Positions 1-14,310 of a stretch of DNA of 64,000 nucleotides are shown here, piece by piece (positions within the stretch are counted from its first letter, which is position 1; every line of letters starts with the position of its first letter). Made by a program: the position numbers and the translations under genes. The stretch is from assembly GCA_965285935.1 (NCBI GenBank), contig OZ260661.1:60822001-60886000 (forward strand), given 5' to 3'. This DNA is from Ophelia neglecta. Its lineage: Eukaryota. Below the pieces are notes generated by a model, which was not told the origin of the DNA, searched no databases, and saw nothing but the letters and a program-made list of their open reading frames with translations.

Positions 1-3000
1 CACAGAAATATTGTCAAGTTTCTTCTATTATTTTTGGTGCCAAGAGCATAATAATTCACCAGCCGACAGGTTGAAATTCCTAAGAGAAATGGCCAATTGA
101 TGAAGCGAAGGGCCAAAATGGAAAAATACCAAACTTATCAATCATAATCAAATCCTCTAGGCAGCTGAGAGTGGCTCTGATACGAACATTTTCCGGTAAA
201 TTATTCTCCCTAATCTGATCTGGATTCGATAGATTAGAATTGCAAATCGATTAGTATAAAGCCAGATTTTGACAAACCTCAATACATATCGTTTTAGAGT
301 CAGCAAAGAGCACGTCCAACGGGCTAAATAAAATGGCCATAACGACTGAGTGGCGAATTGTGATAACAAGTGGAAACACGCTGAGAATACTAAAACTTCA
401 TTTACAACCAAATCTATAACACAGCCACTAGCAAAAAACAATTACACTATTTTGATCTATGTTAGCTTAGCCAAAAATGGGCATAGGCCAATTATTATGT
501 AAGAATTCCGGCACACCTTTAATACTCAAGAACTGCAGGTGCGTTTTCCACGCAGTTTTAATTAAAACCAGTTCATTATTTTCTCAGAATGATGTATGTG
601 TTATATACATTTTTCACAAGAAAGAGGAAGGAAGTTAGATCGTGATTTGTGCTACAACTTAATGAAGTTGCATCACTTTGATAAGATTTTTAATGAACCC
701 GATTAATAAAGGAGAAGTGATGCCAAGAAGTAGTTCGTTCTTTGTTTGCCAAGAGAGCAGACGACATATAGCCAGTAGGAGATCCATTAAAGTCAGTCCC
801 CAGCCCGGGCCCTCCGAGTACAAACTGCATCATTCCTAGCTCTAATACAGGAAAGAACCGGACGAGATGCCGTCTGCCTAGGCCCTTGCTGCCTAACCTT
901 TAGACTTTCGTTTCCTATCCCAGAAATGATTTGTTAGAAATCTGAACATCATGAGTCAAAACCCATCCTATAATGAATCTAATTTCGCCGGGGAAATATC
1001 TCCAGTTTGAAAAATAAATTGAGATTGAACGCCAGGGCATCAAAATTGATCTCTGCCTTTTTCGATAAATCACAAGCAATGAAAGGAAAGGTGTTGTCAA
1101 TTCTCAAGAAATGAAACAACATTTGGGTAATATTTCATCGAATTTAGGTTTAGCCGCTTCTACAAGAATCTCGTCCCCGTGTCTATCTCTGACTTCTTGG
1201 CCCTTGCATCAGAATAAATGAGAGAAATATGGATTTTTCGATGAAAGGGTTTTGTTGTTCCAGCAAAGTGAACAAGGCTGCTTTGACGGTGGTATTTCTG
1301 CACAGAAGGGGTTGATTGATAACACATTCCTGAATATTTGCTTCTATATTCAATTCCTACAAATAAATCAATTTTCTCACATGATATTGTCAGTAGAAAA
1401 TGTAGAGTTCCTGACATTACCATCTATTCAACGGACAACAATGCCTAATAATTTCTATAATAAGGGACATATTTCGTTTTGTGTGCCTAAGTGAAAGGTT
1501 GGACTATAATTATTAGCATAGTTGAACACATAAGGACATCGACTAAATCACTCACGGACAACGGAGGCAAAGACTAAATTTTGTATCGATTAAGGAACCT
1601 CATAACGTCCAAATTGTGTTATACCTGTTGACAGAACTCCATTAGGAATATAGATAGAAAACAAAATATTTTCAAGTGGACTATTTAACCCCCCCCCCCC
1701 CTCCCCATCTCACCCCACTACTATGTGTTTCCACAAATATCGAAACAAAGAATTAAACAGCAAAAATAGCACACTTTATCAGATGTCATGGCAAGGGAAA
1801 TAGGACAGCTAAAAAGCATGAAATTGTAGCTGTTGATAACCTCCTGAAAAAAGGGGGTCTTGTCTAATTCGACCACTCTGCACCATGTGAACACAAGAGA
1901 AATAGTGACAACGATTAAGAGTCCGGATCGCCGAGGGCAAAGCCCATGCATAACGAGTTCTTTCTTACAACTACTGGAAAAAGCTTATATTTCCGCACAA
2001 AGTGTAGGTTTCATACGATATTGAACCCAAGATGACCCAGTTTCTCAACACCTCGTTTCACTTCCCGATATATTTAGAGTGGTGAGGGAAAATTGGGCTA
2101 GCAGACTCTGGATGCACAACGAGTGACATGAAACATATAAAGACATTCAGGGTTACTCGTAAACTAAGTGGAAATCTCCCGTCAGATCACCTAAAATATT
2201 TATACTTCTGTCGTCAACAGTAGGAGAAATTTATTTATCGGGGCTTATGATGAATTGCGACACAATTCTAGACTGTGATCACTCACTGTTGGTCATATCC
2301 CAAGGCTAGATTTTCCCTGCCTACCGATGCAGTCAACAAAATACGGGTCGCTAGCGTCGTATAACAAGATATATAATGGTGGCCAGAAGACTCAGTCTTC
2401 CATTTTGAATTCTCCACAGTAACAGCACTGGAAGAAAACACACCTTTGTGCTTTCTCCTAAATGTAAAACCAGGCGACTAAAAAGGTTTGGTCAATCGAG
2501 CAGAAATTCTTCGGAAGACAAAACAAAGATTTCTAAATCGATAATGTTTTAGCCTCGAGTGAATTTATGGACTTGGGCCGAATGTGGGGTTGGAAGAACT
2601 GCCGACGAAGTCGACACCGGATGCCTCTTACGCGACCTGAATCGTAATCAAGAGGGATATTCCGTTTTCAAACGGCAAAAAGAGAAACCAATGATTCAAT
2701 GCAGCATGCTTAGAATTGATAACGGAAGAGCACTTTGATGCCACTAGTCTAGCTATATATGGCCAAAGAAGGGAAACTTTGATTGGTATTCGCGATATGG
2801 GCGGCGACCTTTTTACATGATAATTTGTTTAAGTTTGCAGTCGTTCCTTCAACTCCGCAAGGAATGGACATGAATATTTCAGGTTACCATAGCACACTGG
2901 TGATCGATCTAAACTACCAATACCGCAGTTATTTATTTCAAGACATTTTTTTCTATTTACAGAGCTACAGATGAGGATTAGAAAAAGTTTATAAGGCACA

Positions 3001-4081
3001 GTTGACAGTTAATAAGGACCTGCGCTCTGAGATGCTCATAATACTTTTAATGCGGGTATTTAGCCGGCAGGTGGGGCTAACTAGAGACAAGCTGCTCGAC
3101 ATGATATTTCCTTAAAATTACGACTTAAATTATTGATAATCCTTCAACACATTTGGAAGGCAGCAGAATGAGACGAGACACTCTCCACGTAGCTTTACAG
3201 TTGGCCGTATTCCCTATAGACATGATTTCCATTTAGAAACTCGTGATCATAAAGGCCCAGAGCTGGTCACTGAGACGTGCTGGAGACGTTTTTGCGGCTA
3301 GCTACTTTCTTACTCACTCCAATCTTCGTTCGAATATGTTTACCTTTTTGCTTGTCCCTTCTCGTGTCCTAATCTCGTTAAAATGTAATGCTGTTATGAA
3401 GCAAGAGCTCTGCCTTGTACCCTTCGTCGACTGGAAGTCTCTACTTGATATATGTTACGTTGGGCTAAATTTAGTCAAAATCGCTCACCACACCAGAGTA
3501 TATATAGGCCAATACTGGCAACGAATCGTGCTAGAATAAGCATATCATGCTAGAATAAAATTCAAAATAAGTTCAAGTATTGTGTGAGAAGATGCAAAAC
3601 CCGAGAAAAACATTCCCATTTGTAATTGAATAGTTTTAAATGGGTTAATATGGTTGGAACTATGATAAATAATTGAAATGGATCAAATGATAACTTAATA
3701 AATAATGTGTATAAGTTTTTTGTAGAAAAAAGCGCAGCAACGTTGACAATGACGTGTACCACATAGCAGAATTATTGGCTTTGTTTCGATTAATTTCGTT
3801 TTAAACATGACCAAATTTGACTAAAGCTTGCGGTAAAAAAAGAGGTATATAAACATTTATATTCTTGCTAATTAGATAAATATATTTGATAACAAAAAAA
3901 CATTTTGTAGCCTTCAGCAAATGTAATATAAACTTAATAAATAAAAGCCTTGCGCCTACTACAAGGGAGTGCGATATATATTACATGGGCAGTTTTGCAC
4001 CGATTTTTGCATAGAAAGGAATTATTTTTCGATATAAAATGGGTAAAATTTCCTCAAATTTGGCTCTGTGCCTAAAAATAC

Positions 4082-4195
4082 CTGATTGGTGTTCTCTTCA
4101 TGGTGGATTTCGTTGATAATTGAGTCCCGAATCTTGCGTACGCCGTCAAAGCTGGTTCTGTTTGAACAAAGCCAAGATGGCTGCCATTTGCGGCT
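4082..4195. promoter_or_regulatory. CCAAT plus double YY1 promoter-like module
   Basis: CTGATTGG at 4082 and CAAGATGGCTGCCATTTG at about 4173 (two inverted ATGGC cores), at a sharp transition from AT-rich to CpG-rich sequence. Confidence 0.35.
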
Positions 4196-5349
4196 CACTA
4201 CGTCGAAGAGGCAGACGAGAAGGTACAGGAGGCAGGCGAGCGAACGTCTGGGCTAGCATTCCACGCTGGATTTCAACATGGCCGAAAAAGGCCCCACACT
4301 CTAGTCCTGCTTTAAATGACCCTTAATTTCCAAACCTCACATTTTACGCCTGTCTGTCTGTCTTGACACCTTTGGTGCTCCACGTTTTGCTAATGCTGGA
4401 GAGAGGTTCTTTTTGCAGACCTATATATGTGACAAACGCCACCCGCCCACAAAATAAAAAGTATATTTTCAGTAGAGAAGGTTACGGATATATTTTCAGC
4501 TGCTGGTGAATAAATCGGGCGATAACTGCGAAAAATATTGAGAAATTTGTATCGTTCTTGGGGGGAACGTATTTTACTTAGAGAGGAATACAATGTTTGT
4601 GGTTAATGCCGACAGGACCAATATATTCATTTGGAAAATAAGTGAAGGCAGCTCAGATATATTTGGGTCAGGGAATATCCTCTCACACTGGGATGTAAAT
4701 GGCAATATATACATGATTTCTAGTCGTGAGAACTGAATTCATTGCAATCCTTGCAAAGAATAACAACACATGTTATGCACTATCATAAATTGTACAGCAA
4801 TGGGTTCTTAGTCTAGAATCAAACTATAACTAAAGCCACAATACCCAAAAATATCGGGGTATATTTAGCTGGCATGTTTAACAAAAAAACCTTAGCACAG
4901 TATCAAAGAGTGGAAAGAAAGCTAGTTTTATTCGTTCGGCATTTCAAGTCTATCAGGAGAAGAAAATTCGTTGATGGGCACACGGGTAAACGAAAGAATG
5001 CCGTTGTGGTTCTCACCACAATACATCAACTGAACTATCCGTCTTTCCTTCTCCTATGGGTCCGTCTGAGCCCTGCAAACTGATTGACGACAACAAATGA
5101 AGAAGAGATCCAATTGCTTAGAAATTGCCCAGAAAGTAAATAAAGAAAACATAAAAGGGGCGAATGGCAAGCAAGCGTTTCTGTTTTGACATATCAAGGC
5201 TGTGTAAGGATTAAGAACAATTGCTCACTTATCCAAACTTCTTTGGTTTAAGAAAGACCACATTTTTCATCGGTAAACATTTCATCAACTGACTTAATCA
5301 AAGTTGCTAAGCGGATAATGATTGATACGTCTCGTCCCTCGATGACACA

Positions 5350-5580
5350 TCAATTCTCACAATAACCTTGTTTCTTGAAGTTGATATTTCCCATTTTGGC
5401 ACTAAAGGTTTTAGAGATGGCGAAAAAACAATGTGAGTTTTTATGATTCATTGTAATTTTAATATTTTTAGAACAGAATGCTTTGCACATACATTGTCGC
5501 TTCTTTACACAATCAATACACTGACAAAAATATCGAACTTTCGAAGTAAGAACATTATTGATCTTTAAGCTCTCCGACAA
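5350..5580 (-). mobile_element. Possible decayed LINE ORF2 C-terminal fragment
   Basis: KKRQCMCKAFCSKNIK...NHKNSHCF weakly resembles the RR..LC.KFF..I....H.LH.L C-terminus of CR1/L2-group LINEs. Confidence 0.22.
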
Positions 5581-6261
5581 TCCTGTTGTATAATATTTCT
5601 TTTATCAATACCCTAAAGATCTAAACATACTAAGTCTGTGAAAATAATAATAAGTTATAAAAAAATAGCACAAAATTTCAAGAATAAAATTCTAAGCTAT
5701 AGAATAACAATTCTTTGATTATTTCTCAAGTTTTCGGTTTTTGCAGAGAGTTCCCTGAACTTTGATCAGTAATAAGGCTACGCCATCCAAATTGTTTTGA
5801 TATCAAACGATGTACTCTCTACTCCACTTCGATGTTAAACTTGATACAATGATACATGATGAATGATTATGATTAGAATGGGGACCGTCTGAATTACAGA
5901 CGGTCTAAATGTTATCCTCTTCAAAGTGAGTTTTATTTTGTGGAAAGTGTATATGCACATGTATCGTTTCTACTAAAGCCCACCTACTAAGCGTGGGGTA
6001 AACTGTGAGATATATGTGCGTAAGCACGCTATTTACTAGTTACATTCGCATACCTTTTCTGTTGTATATGCAGTGGCGCAATGCGCAAACCTGCTACCCT
6101 CTAACGGCGTTTTAAGACAATGCAACAGGCAGCCATTACAATAGACAGCTGGCGTAATTTTAATGGTGGGAAACATATAACATCGCCTAATTCTGATATA
6201 TCTGCTGGAAACAAGTCTCAAAAATGGAAACGGTTAGAAGTAGAACAATAGAAATACATTA

Positions 6262-6540
6262 TCTAAGCACTGACTCCGATTGAGAGGTGTGACGGTGAAC
6301 TCCCAGGCCTGGTTAAATGTAACATTAATTATAAATGTTCGTTCTTATATATGGCCCACTTATAGGATACGGGCATATTTTTTTGTGGGTTTTGTTGTTG
6401 CTACTATAGGTCTAGTATTAAACGATATTGACGAGGTAGGCCTAAGTGTATACGCCATGTACCTTCTGTGTAAAAGTTGGAAATGGGACCAACACCTTGC
6501 AATGAAAGTCAGCTCCACCGGGAGAGCAGCCTAAAATCTC
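6262..6540 (+). mobile_element. Possible ancient tRNA-derived SINE remnant
   Basis: TCTAAGCACTGACTCCGATTGAGAGGTGTGACGGTGAACTCCCAGGCCTGG resembles a degenerate tRNA head with B-box. The downstream AAATGGGACC...CCTTGCAATG...AGCTCC resembles SINE central domains. Confidence 0.2.
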
Positions 6541-9399
6541 GCCATACCAATTAACATGTTAGGTGTCGGGTGGCCCCCAGTCACAGAGGTCAGGGCCACT
6601 GGCCGGTGGGGTGGTAGCCTGGGGTAATGTGAAGTGATATGTCTATATGAACAGCGAGGGTCATAGGTCAACAATGCCAAAACTTTTAAACATGGCGAGA
6701 CATAAGCACGGAAGCTAACTATTCTGGTTAGCGGACGGACCCCTTTCAGCAAAAGCATACCACAATAGTTCTACTTGGCCGGTCAGCTGTTTCTGAACTT
6801 AAGATCACTCAAACAGCAAACAAGAAATATTATTCCATTTATAATCGCGATAAACAAAATACTGCCCCGATCAAATAATATTAATCCATCAATCTAATAA
6901 CCAAATTATTAGCAAACGATTGGGTGGGTCAAGTAGCATTAAAGCTAGCTCTGAGAAATTATCAGAGGAAATTGGGAGAATAATTATCACCCCATGGGCT
7001 CAGAAAGCATTAGCAGTAGCAAATACAATTAAGGTAGATTATGAGCATAATTTATAGTCAAGATGAGCATTTAAGTTAGGTACTTAGTGCCAAATTATGC
7101 CAACTCTTTTATATTGAAAATAATGAAATATCCTTTCAATCCACATGTACATCTTTTTACACAATTGTTCCTGTTATCTGAAAACGCAGTATTAGGTGAA
7201 ATAAAAATACAGTCTAAATACGAGAGCATATAGAGTCCTTAGCTATTACTCTTTGGATGAAAATTAATTGGAAGGCAAAATATTGTTACTAAATTAAAAG
7301 AAAAAGATTGTCACACTCTGTGTGTTCTTGGTCATAAATTGGACTTGCAAGTTGATGTCACACATATTTCAACATAAATGTGGAAGGCAGCTGGAAGCGT
7401 GGAATTCAACGTATTGTAAACAAGCTTAGAGAAAAACATTCATCACGGATTCACAGAAACTGATTTGTGACTTCATTAAGTGAAAGACGTTAACACTGTA
7501 GATAATTTTGTCATATATATATTACCACTAGTGAAAAAAATCTATACCCTCTGTGAAAATCTTTGATGATAAATCTTTGGAAGATATCATGCTAGTATCG
7601 TCTGGAAGTGAACATATGGCATTGAAAGGGTCGAGAAGATCACCATAATTTCACATATAAAATCGTGGAAATTGCTTTGCTATTCAATATGCACAGCTCA
7701 AATCAATCACCAATCATACAACAGTCGGTCGAGCATGTCTCCGCCAATTTAGGGCTTATTGAAATCGTGGGAGTCCTATTTCATCACTGTTCGGTCAGGA
7801 TTATTGAGACTGTCTCCAGTTGTCGGTGGCTGAACCATGTTTAAGTCCACCAAGGCAGCTTTGAGAAAAGACATTTGCGTTTCTTTTACATTCGGGGCAG
7901 ATCAATCATGTTAATCAAAGCGAGTCGCTATCCCGCTTGAAAGGAATCAACGTATAATGCAGGGTAGAAAGAAAACTTTAAATTTGCCCATTTCCATGAA
8001 AAATCGATATTCGTTTCCGGGGATAATCTATCAAGCTGATGGTCCCTGCCTGATATTGGGTGGCAAATTAGGCTGGGTATTGGCCAAAACTGTCTGACTT
8101 CCCCGACAAGCTATCAGGACATGCTGCCTGGCAAGCCTTCTGTCCGACAACACGGATCACGCTGGGAGAACTTAAAAGGCATTTCTTTCTCCCTAGCTAA
8201 TCAGTCTTTGCCAAACAAGATAGAATCAATCTCCGCAAAAATACGACCTTTCAAAAGTTGCCGCTCAGATAGGCGACCAGAGAGAAACTAGCCACTCTCT
8301 GATCTTGAACAATATCTGCTGAATGGGGCGAGGAACCCCACAGCCACCAAGATCATCTGATCATTACCAAATTAGACGGAGTTCTCTACTCCACTCGATC
8401 TAGTTAGAGGAGGCGTGCCTCTTGCCACCAAGCACCTTTGATCTAAAAGATTGCCTCCTTACAAGTTTACTAGTCCGTCTTTTATATTCTCCCTACGTGC
8501 TCCTGTCAGCCAATCAAGATTTCCTTATCAAACAAGGTGAGAGCTGAGCGGAATGTAGGGCCAATCAAAACTTCAAACGGCGGTAAAAGATCGCCTTTTA
8601 TCGCCCGTTTCTCTTGAGATACAGTGGTTATCTTGTCTTGAGTGGCTCTGGCCATGGAGCTTTGCCCACCAATGTTGAGCAGATGACAACTGTCATTCTT
8701 GGCGCATTGTTGATTTAATCTTAACTGAAATATATGAAGATGAAAAACAAAATACCTGTTTCCATAATATGCATAGACAGGTGTTTTAGCTTAAATATAT
8801 TGGCATACCTGAGTGAATAATGATTATCATGCAGGCAGAGTAGTCAATCAGACGAAGATATAGATTACCTACAGTTAGAAGCTTGGTGTGCGCTGAATGA
8901 AAGAAAAAAACACTTGAATATTCATTGTAAGCCAACTGAAAGCTTGATGATTTATTGTTATATAATTCGTGGAATATCACTTTGACTTTCTGTCAAATGA
9001 GAGTTAAACTTTTTTAGTCCAATTTGACTAGACGGTCTGTATGCATGCTAGCTTTGAATTAAGACAGGTCACTGCCAAACGATCAAATGTCAACATTGTT
9101 CAATCAAAAAAGTTTTAGCAAGAGACTGTGCAGTTTCCAAGGTAAGCTACCCGGTTGGCTAGGCCATAAACAGATGTGGAAATTCAAAATAGCTTGGAAA
9201 AAAACTAATGGAAATAAGGTTTTGAAGTTTCTAACGTAAGTTTGTTTTATGAGTTAACCTTACGAGGGTCTAGCAGATAGAGCTCATTAATATTCAACGC
9301 CGTCTCAATTCTAAGTTATAAATCACGTGATTTTGCTTGGCTAACTAAAACCAGACTGAGGCTCAAATAGAATGGGTTATGCAATAATTCAGATGATGT

Positions 9400-9690
9400 A
9401 TGCAATTTTGCCTAACTAGCGGAGGCGGTTTTTGCTCCGGTGATTGATGTTATGGCACGCCTAAGATCTGGTGATATTGTATGTGTGATCGCCATGAGGT
9501 AGGCCAAAAGACACTTGTCACAGCCAGAGGTCTCAACACAACCAATATAAGCCTACATGGCCTCCTCTCACAAATGCACGCACTTTTTATCTCAGATGGC
9601 ATGACAATACGGACCAGCTCGTTCATATGATTCTCTTTCATGCAATATCCAAATAATGCACCATTGATTTCTAATATCAAACATTACAGG
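9400..9690 (-). mobile_element. Decayed Ty3/Gypsy-type integrase zinc-binding (HHCC) fragment
   Basis: With frameshifts, the minus strand reads LEINGALF...RIVMP...GGHVG...SVFWP...(RS*AC)..HQSPEQKPPPL. This matches the order and spacing of the Gypsy pol motifs (G-L, RIVIP, H-G, VFWP, CxxC, Q-KEPL). No LTRs seen. Confidence 0.5.
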
Positions 9691-10269
9691 CAGACAGATA
9701 GGGTACTTTCCTAAACAAAGGTGCATTTTCTCGAATTGCCGTTATGATGAAGTCAATAAGATATCGCGCGATACGAAATTAGAAATTATTAGCCCTACAC
9801 GGTTTTTCAATTGCACAAACCCATATATGGGTCTTTCGAAAGGTCATAGTCCAGTTGCATGCAGACGTCCGTAGCATGACATTTTTGACCCGAAAGCAGG
9901 TTAGCTTATCCCTTCGGGGAAGGAATGGATAAATTAGGCAGCAAAATGACATGTGTCCTGCCTGAAATTTATACTCTGCGCGGTATTGTAGGCCAAGGCG
10001 AGCCGGAAATGGACCAGTGAGGTCACTACAGGATAATTACATGTCACAGCTAGCCAGACAAAACTCCAGGTGTCGTCTGCAAAGATGGACAGCTTACCAT
10101 CTCTCTTAGTTAATTGGAGGGGGGGAGGAGATTAACAGTACTTACTAGAAGGAACTACTGCAAGACTTAACTGGCCATGCGGAGCGGAGTTTATTAGCCA
10201 CTCGAGTGGGGAATTTAAGGGCTAAGGGCCGGACGAATGCTCCGCAAACCAAACCAGCAGACGACACAG

Positions 10270-10610
10270 CATTGTGTGGCCATACTTCAGTATTCTTCAA
10301 CTTTATGACCACACAGACACTTTTATGGAGCACAAAGTCAAATCTGAAGAGCTTCCTAACGAGCAGTGTACGTAATTTGCAATGCACAACCATGATAAAC
10401 TGCTTGATGGTGAAAACGAGGAAAATAAAAGCCACATACCTTCACTACTCGTCTGCTATTATGCCTCCGCCCCAATGTCTTTGTCCCAATAGCCCTTGAT
10501 CTTCTTGGATCTGGCGAAAACAACAATAGAAAGAGTCTCTGAGAACTAACTTTGATAGGGGGAACCCACAATTCTCTTCATTGCTCAAACTTTTTAATGT
10601 TTGTTATAGA
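10270..10610 (+). mobile_element. Possible decayed LINE (CR1/L2 group) ORF2 3' fragment
   Basis: An interrupted frame, VAILQYSSTL*PH...QSQI*RAS*RAVYVIC, resembles the VRPILEYAS.VW.PH...IE.VQ.RA motif found C-terminal to the RT domain. Confidence 0.33.
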
Positions 10611-13600
10611 CGAGAATTTTCAACCGGTACTATTTTCGTAAAAAGAGATGGTCGCACGAATATGCAAATTCTAGCCAATCACATCCGTCGTAACATGCCT
10701 AGACTGATGCGGCCATTTATTATCGCCCAAACTGACACAACTGGAATAGTGAGGCATGAAAAAAGATTACCAGGCTTATATAATAGGCACAGCCACAGGG
10801 ACTTGTCTAGCATTATAATTGTAACTTGTCACTCTCTTATGTATATTTGATAATAACTCCAGGGTGAAGTCGAGCGGAAAACTTCTCCTATACACCATAC
10901 ACAGGTCATTCGCAATTCGTAGTTTGCTGTGGCGGGGTCAAGGAAGCGCGTAATATTTCAGCCCATGTTATTATTTATTCGCACACGTAACAGTTATTAG
11001 TTTTGCACCGTAGCTCGCAGGAGCTGGCTGCACCATTAAGTGGCGCTATTCTCGCGGTGTCGGCCAAAATTGTCAGGAAAATCTCAAGGTCGCAAAAGTT
11101 CCATAGCAGCATACATGGGAGGCCGTGATATTAACATGTTCAAGCAGATTCATCTGCGCTATATACATTGGCTGAAAAAGAAATAAGTATTAATCTAATC
11201 AAATAAAACATATTTTTTCTTAAATCTAAAGACTAAAGACAAGCTTTTATCAGCGTCTCTTTATTCAAAAGTCTATATTGTGTAATCCAGTGACACAGAA
11301 AAAAAGTATATGACCGAAGAAGATACTTTTAAAAAGTGAGAAAACACACCATTACCTCATCTGCAATATCTCAAGCTTTTGGTGCTAAGTACGAACTTAT
11401 AAACAATTTTCGATAATTAACTCCTTGATTTTTCAGTCTTTTGTCTGCTAAATATATATGTTGTGCAGTATATGAAGCAGAAAAAGTGCCGCAAATTATC
11501 CACCTGAAAATCTAGTTGTTTCCATTGTCTATTCATTGTGTCCGAGGTGATATTATGGGTTTTATCGAGACTGATAGCTTATATACAATGATGCCTGGTT
11601 ATCTTCCATTATTTTATATCAAAACAAAACAAAGGTAATAGATTTTCTCTTTGTCCCTTTAAGTTACTCACCCTGAGGTATGGAAGATAGTGCAGGGTTG
11701 ACTCGTTGTCTGGGTATCTCAAGATATCAAAATAGCCAAACAAGAAAAATCCATTAAGTGAAGCAAGAGAGGTGGATTATTCAACAGAAACCTAGTTAGT
11801 CCTTAGTGGAATATCACGCGAGTATTTGTCGATGAAGATCACGATTTGGCATCCAGGCGATCATAAACATCGGCCAGACGCTCTCCCGGGTATAGTTTAC
11901 AATGGAAATGGCTTTCAGGGTGGAACCACTTGTCTCAAATAAACAATATCTGCTTCAGATCAACCCGAGATTGCTCTCCGACTTCTTGAAATAAGTTATA
12001 GAAAATATCAACACCGACTGACAGGGGGCTTTATGGGTGAGTGCAAGTATTTTAGGGCCCTGGCCATGGTTTTTGTCATTACTAATCTCGCTGGCTACAA
12101 CAATGGTCTCGTGGTGCTCACTTTCAGTGGTCGGGGTCTGAAGTGGTCCTCCGCTAGAAAATAAGTACGACAATTTACCGCCTTCCAGTGTCACCTGACC
12201 CCCCAACCTATCGAGTTGAAATCAAACTTTGGTGCGTTTGAGAATAGTTTGAGTGTCGCTTAATGCAATAGTATGCATATGTAAATTACGCTTATGGTTC
12301 TTATTGAAAGCTTTATTACCAGCTCGACTGCTTGATTACTTTTTTTTTAGATTTATTCGACGACCAGAGCCACAGTGAATTGTACCAATCTAGCACTAGA
12401 CTGGCTTTAATCTGTGGGGCCGGGAGAAAATCTCTAGACAAGGTATCGCTTGTCTTATCTATTCACCGCTAGATTGAGGCCCAAGAAGTCGATATCAAAT
12501 CACTGCTTTATTTCTATTTTGATAAACAAACAAATCGGGCTGGTTGATTATCGGGCAGGTGTGGGGCCGGGATATATGTCGTCTGCATGCCGTGGTCGGC
12601 AGGGTGGATTCCAAGCCTCGGTGGATCAAGTCTGAAGTCCTTTTCGAGGCCACCAGCCGGCGCGGGAGTGCGCTCATGCGACTGATATGAGCTGCTTTCC
12701 AAGAAGATTTATCGGCAAAAAAGTTGTCTGGCCCTGATCTGGCAATCTCGCTGTTGGGTCCGAAACCATGCAGAGTTTGTCTTGATCGAAACTATTTCCT
12801 ACTTTGAAAGTTGCCGAGAACGATGATGGACGGTTATTGAATTCCACTTTTTCATCTGGCGTCCCGAGTAAGAGTTGGTAATTTCGCCAGGGATGCGACC
12901 TTTTCCAAACCACTCCCTGTCGTGCGCTAAGCCCCATATCATTAATGGATAATGCCCTGAATCGAACTAGGTAATTGTAGTGATTTGTCACAGAGAATGC
13001 ATTAAAAGTGACCCCCAAAGGTCAGCTCGATAGGACACAGGGAGCTACTAGGACTATTAAGGGAAGACTCTGCAATTGAAATGCTAAGATTCACACACAA
13101 GCATGTAACCAACCAATCGATCCCACAAGTGGACGCAACAATCATTACAATAAGTCATAACCAGAATGCATTGCGCCCTTTTCATTCAGCACTACCCTCA
13201 CTTAAGGTTTCATATTATGGCAATTCCAATATTCAACAGCTACAATAATAAAGATAGTGTCACATCAGTCTTCCAGTCGCCATTCCACAGTGAGTATGGT
13301 ACTCTTAGTTTCCGTTGATCCACGTTACCTTGTTTCTGATACTACATAGATTACATGAGCATTGTAACTGTCTCATCCCTGTAGGTGCAGGTGTGAACAG
13401 ATAAGTGGTTTGCACATGAGATTGGGTTTAGTGGCAAAAGACGAGCAATAAACAAAGTAAAACCCCCATAAACAGTATCTATAGAGCTAATTACATGTGT
13501 CGTTACCCTACACCTCCTAGGGAGTATACACAAATGGAAGACTTGTTAACCAAGCCATGGTTAAAATCCTCGTGTTGACTACATTTAATACGTCACGTTT

Positions 13601-13677
13601 CTCTGAATTTGCAAGAACAAAATGGATTATAGCGAAGGACAATATACTTTTTTTCAATGCTGTACACAGCTTGCATC

Positions 13678-13878
13678 NNNNNNNNNNNNNNNNNNNNNNN
13701 NNNNNNNNNNNNNNNNNNNNNNNNNNNNNNNNNNNNNNNNNNNNNNNNNNNNNNNNNNNNNNNNNNNNNNNNNNNNNNNNNNNNNNNNNNNNNNNNNNNN
13801 NNNNNNNNNNNNNNNNNNNNNNNNNNNNNNNNNNNNNNNNNNNNNNNNNNNNNNNNNNNNNNNNNNNNNNNNNNNNNN
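13678..13878. other. Assembly gap (run of about 200 N)
   Basis: N run in the sequence. Confidence 0.99.
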
Positions 13879-13909
13879 TACCATTTCGCTTCAATTCTTG
13901 GTATAGTAC

Positions 13910-14310
13910 GAATTTCTTTTCTCTCGTTTTTCTCTCGTTTTTCTCTCGTTTTTCTCTTTTTCTTTATTTTTTCTTTATTTCTTTCTGACTTTATTACATT
14001 TCTTTTTCTTTTGTTCTTTGCCCTTTTCACTGGCTGAAGCCGGGGTTAAGAGAATTTTCTCCCAATTCCTCAATTCTTGCCGACTTCTTCTCTTTCTTTT
14101 ACTTTTCGTGCCAGTTTTATTCTTCAAGTCGTTTTATATTTCTATCAATTTATTACGTTCCTTCTTTCCCCCTTCACTTCCTATCTATTTCCTTTTCACT
14201 TTTTTCTTTCCTATCTTTTCCTCTTTTTTTGCTCTATATTTTTCTTTTTTTTCATTTGACATTCGCTCTTCCTTTTCTTTATATTCCCACTATACTTATT
14301 CTTGCTTTTA
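13910..14310. repeat. T/C-rich low-complexity tract next to the gap
   Basis: Repeated TTTTCTCTCG / TTTTCTTT words with almost no G. Confidence 0.85.
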
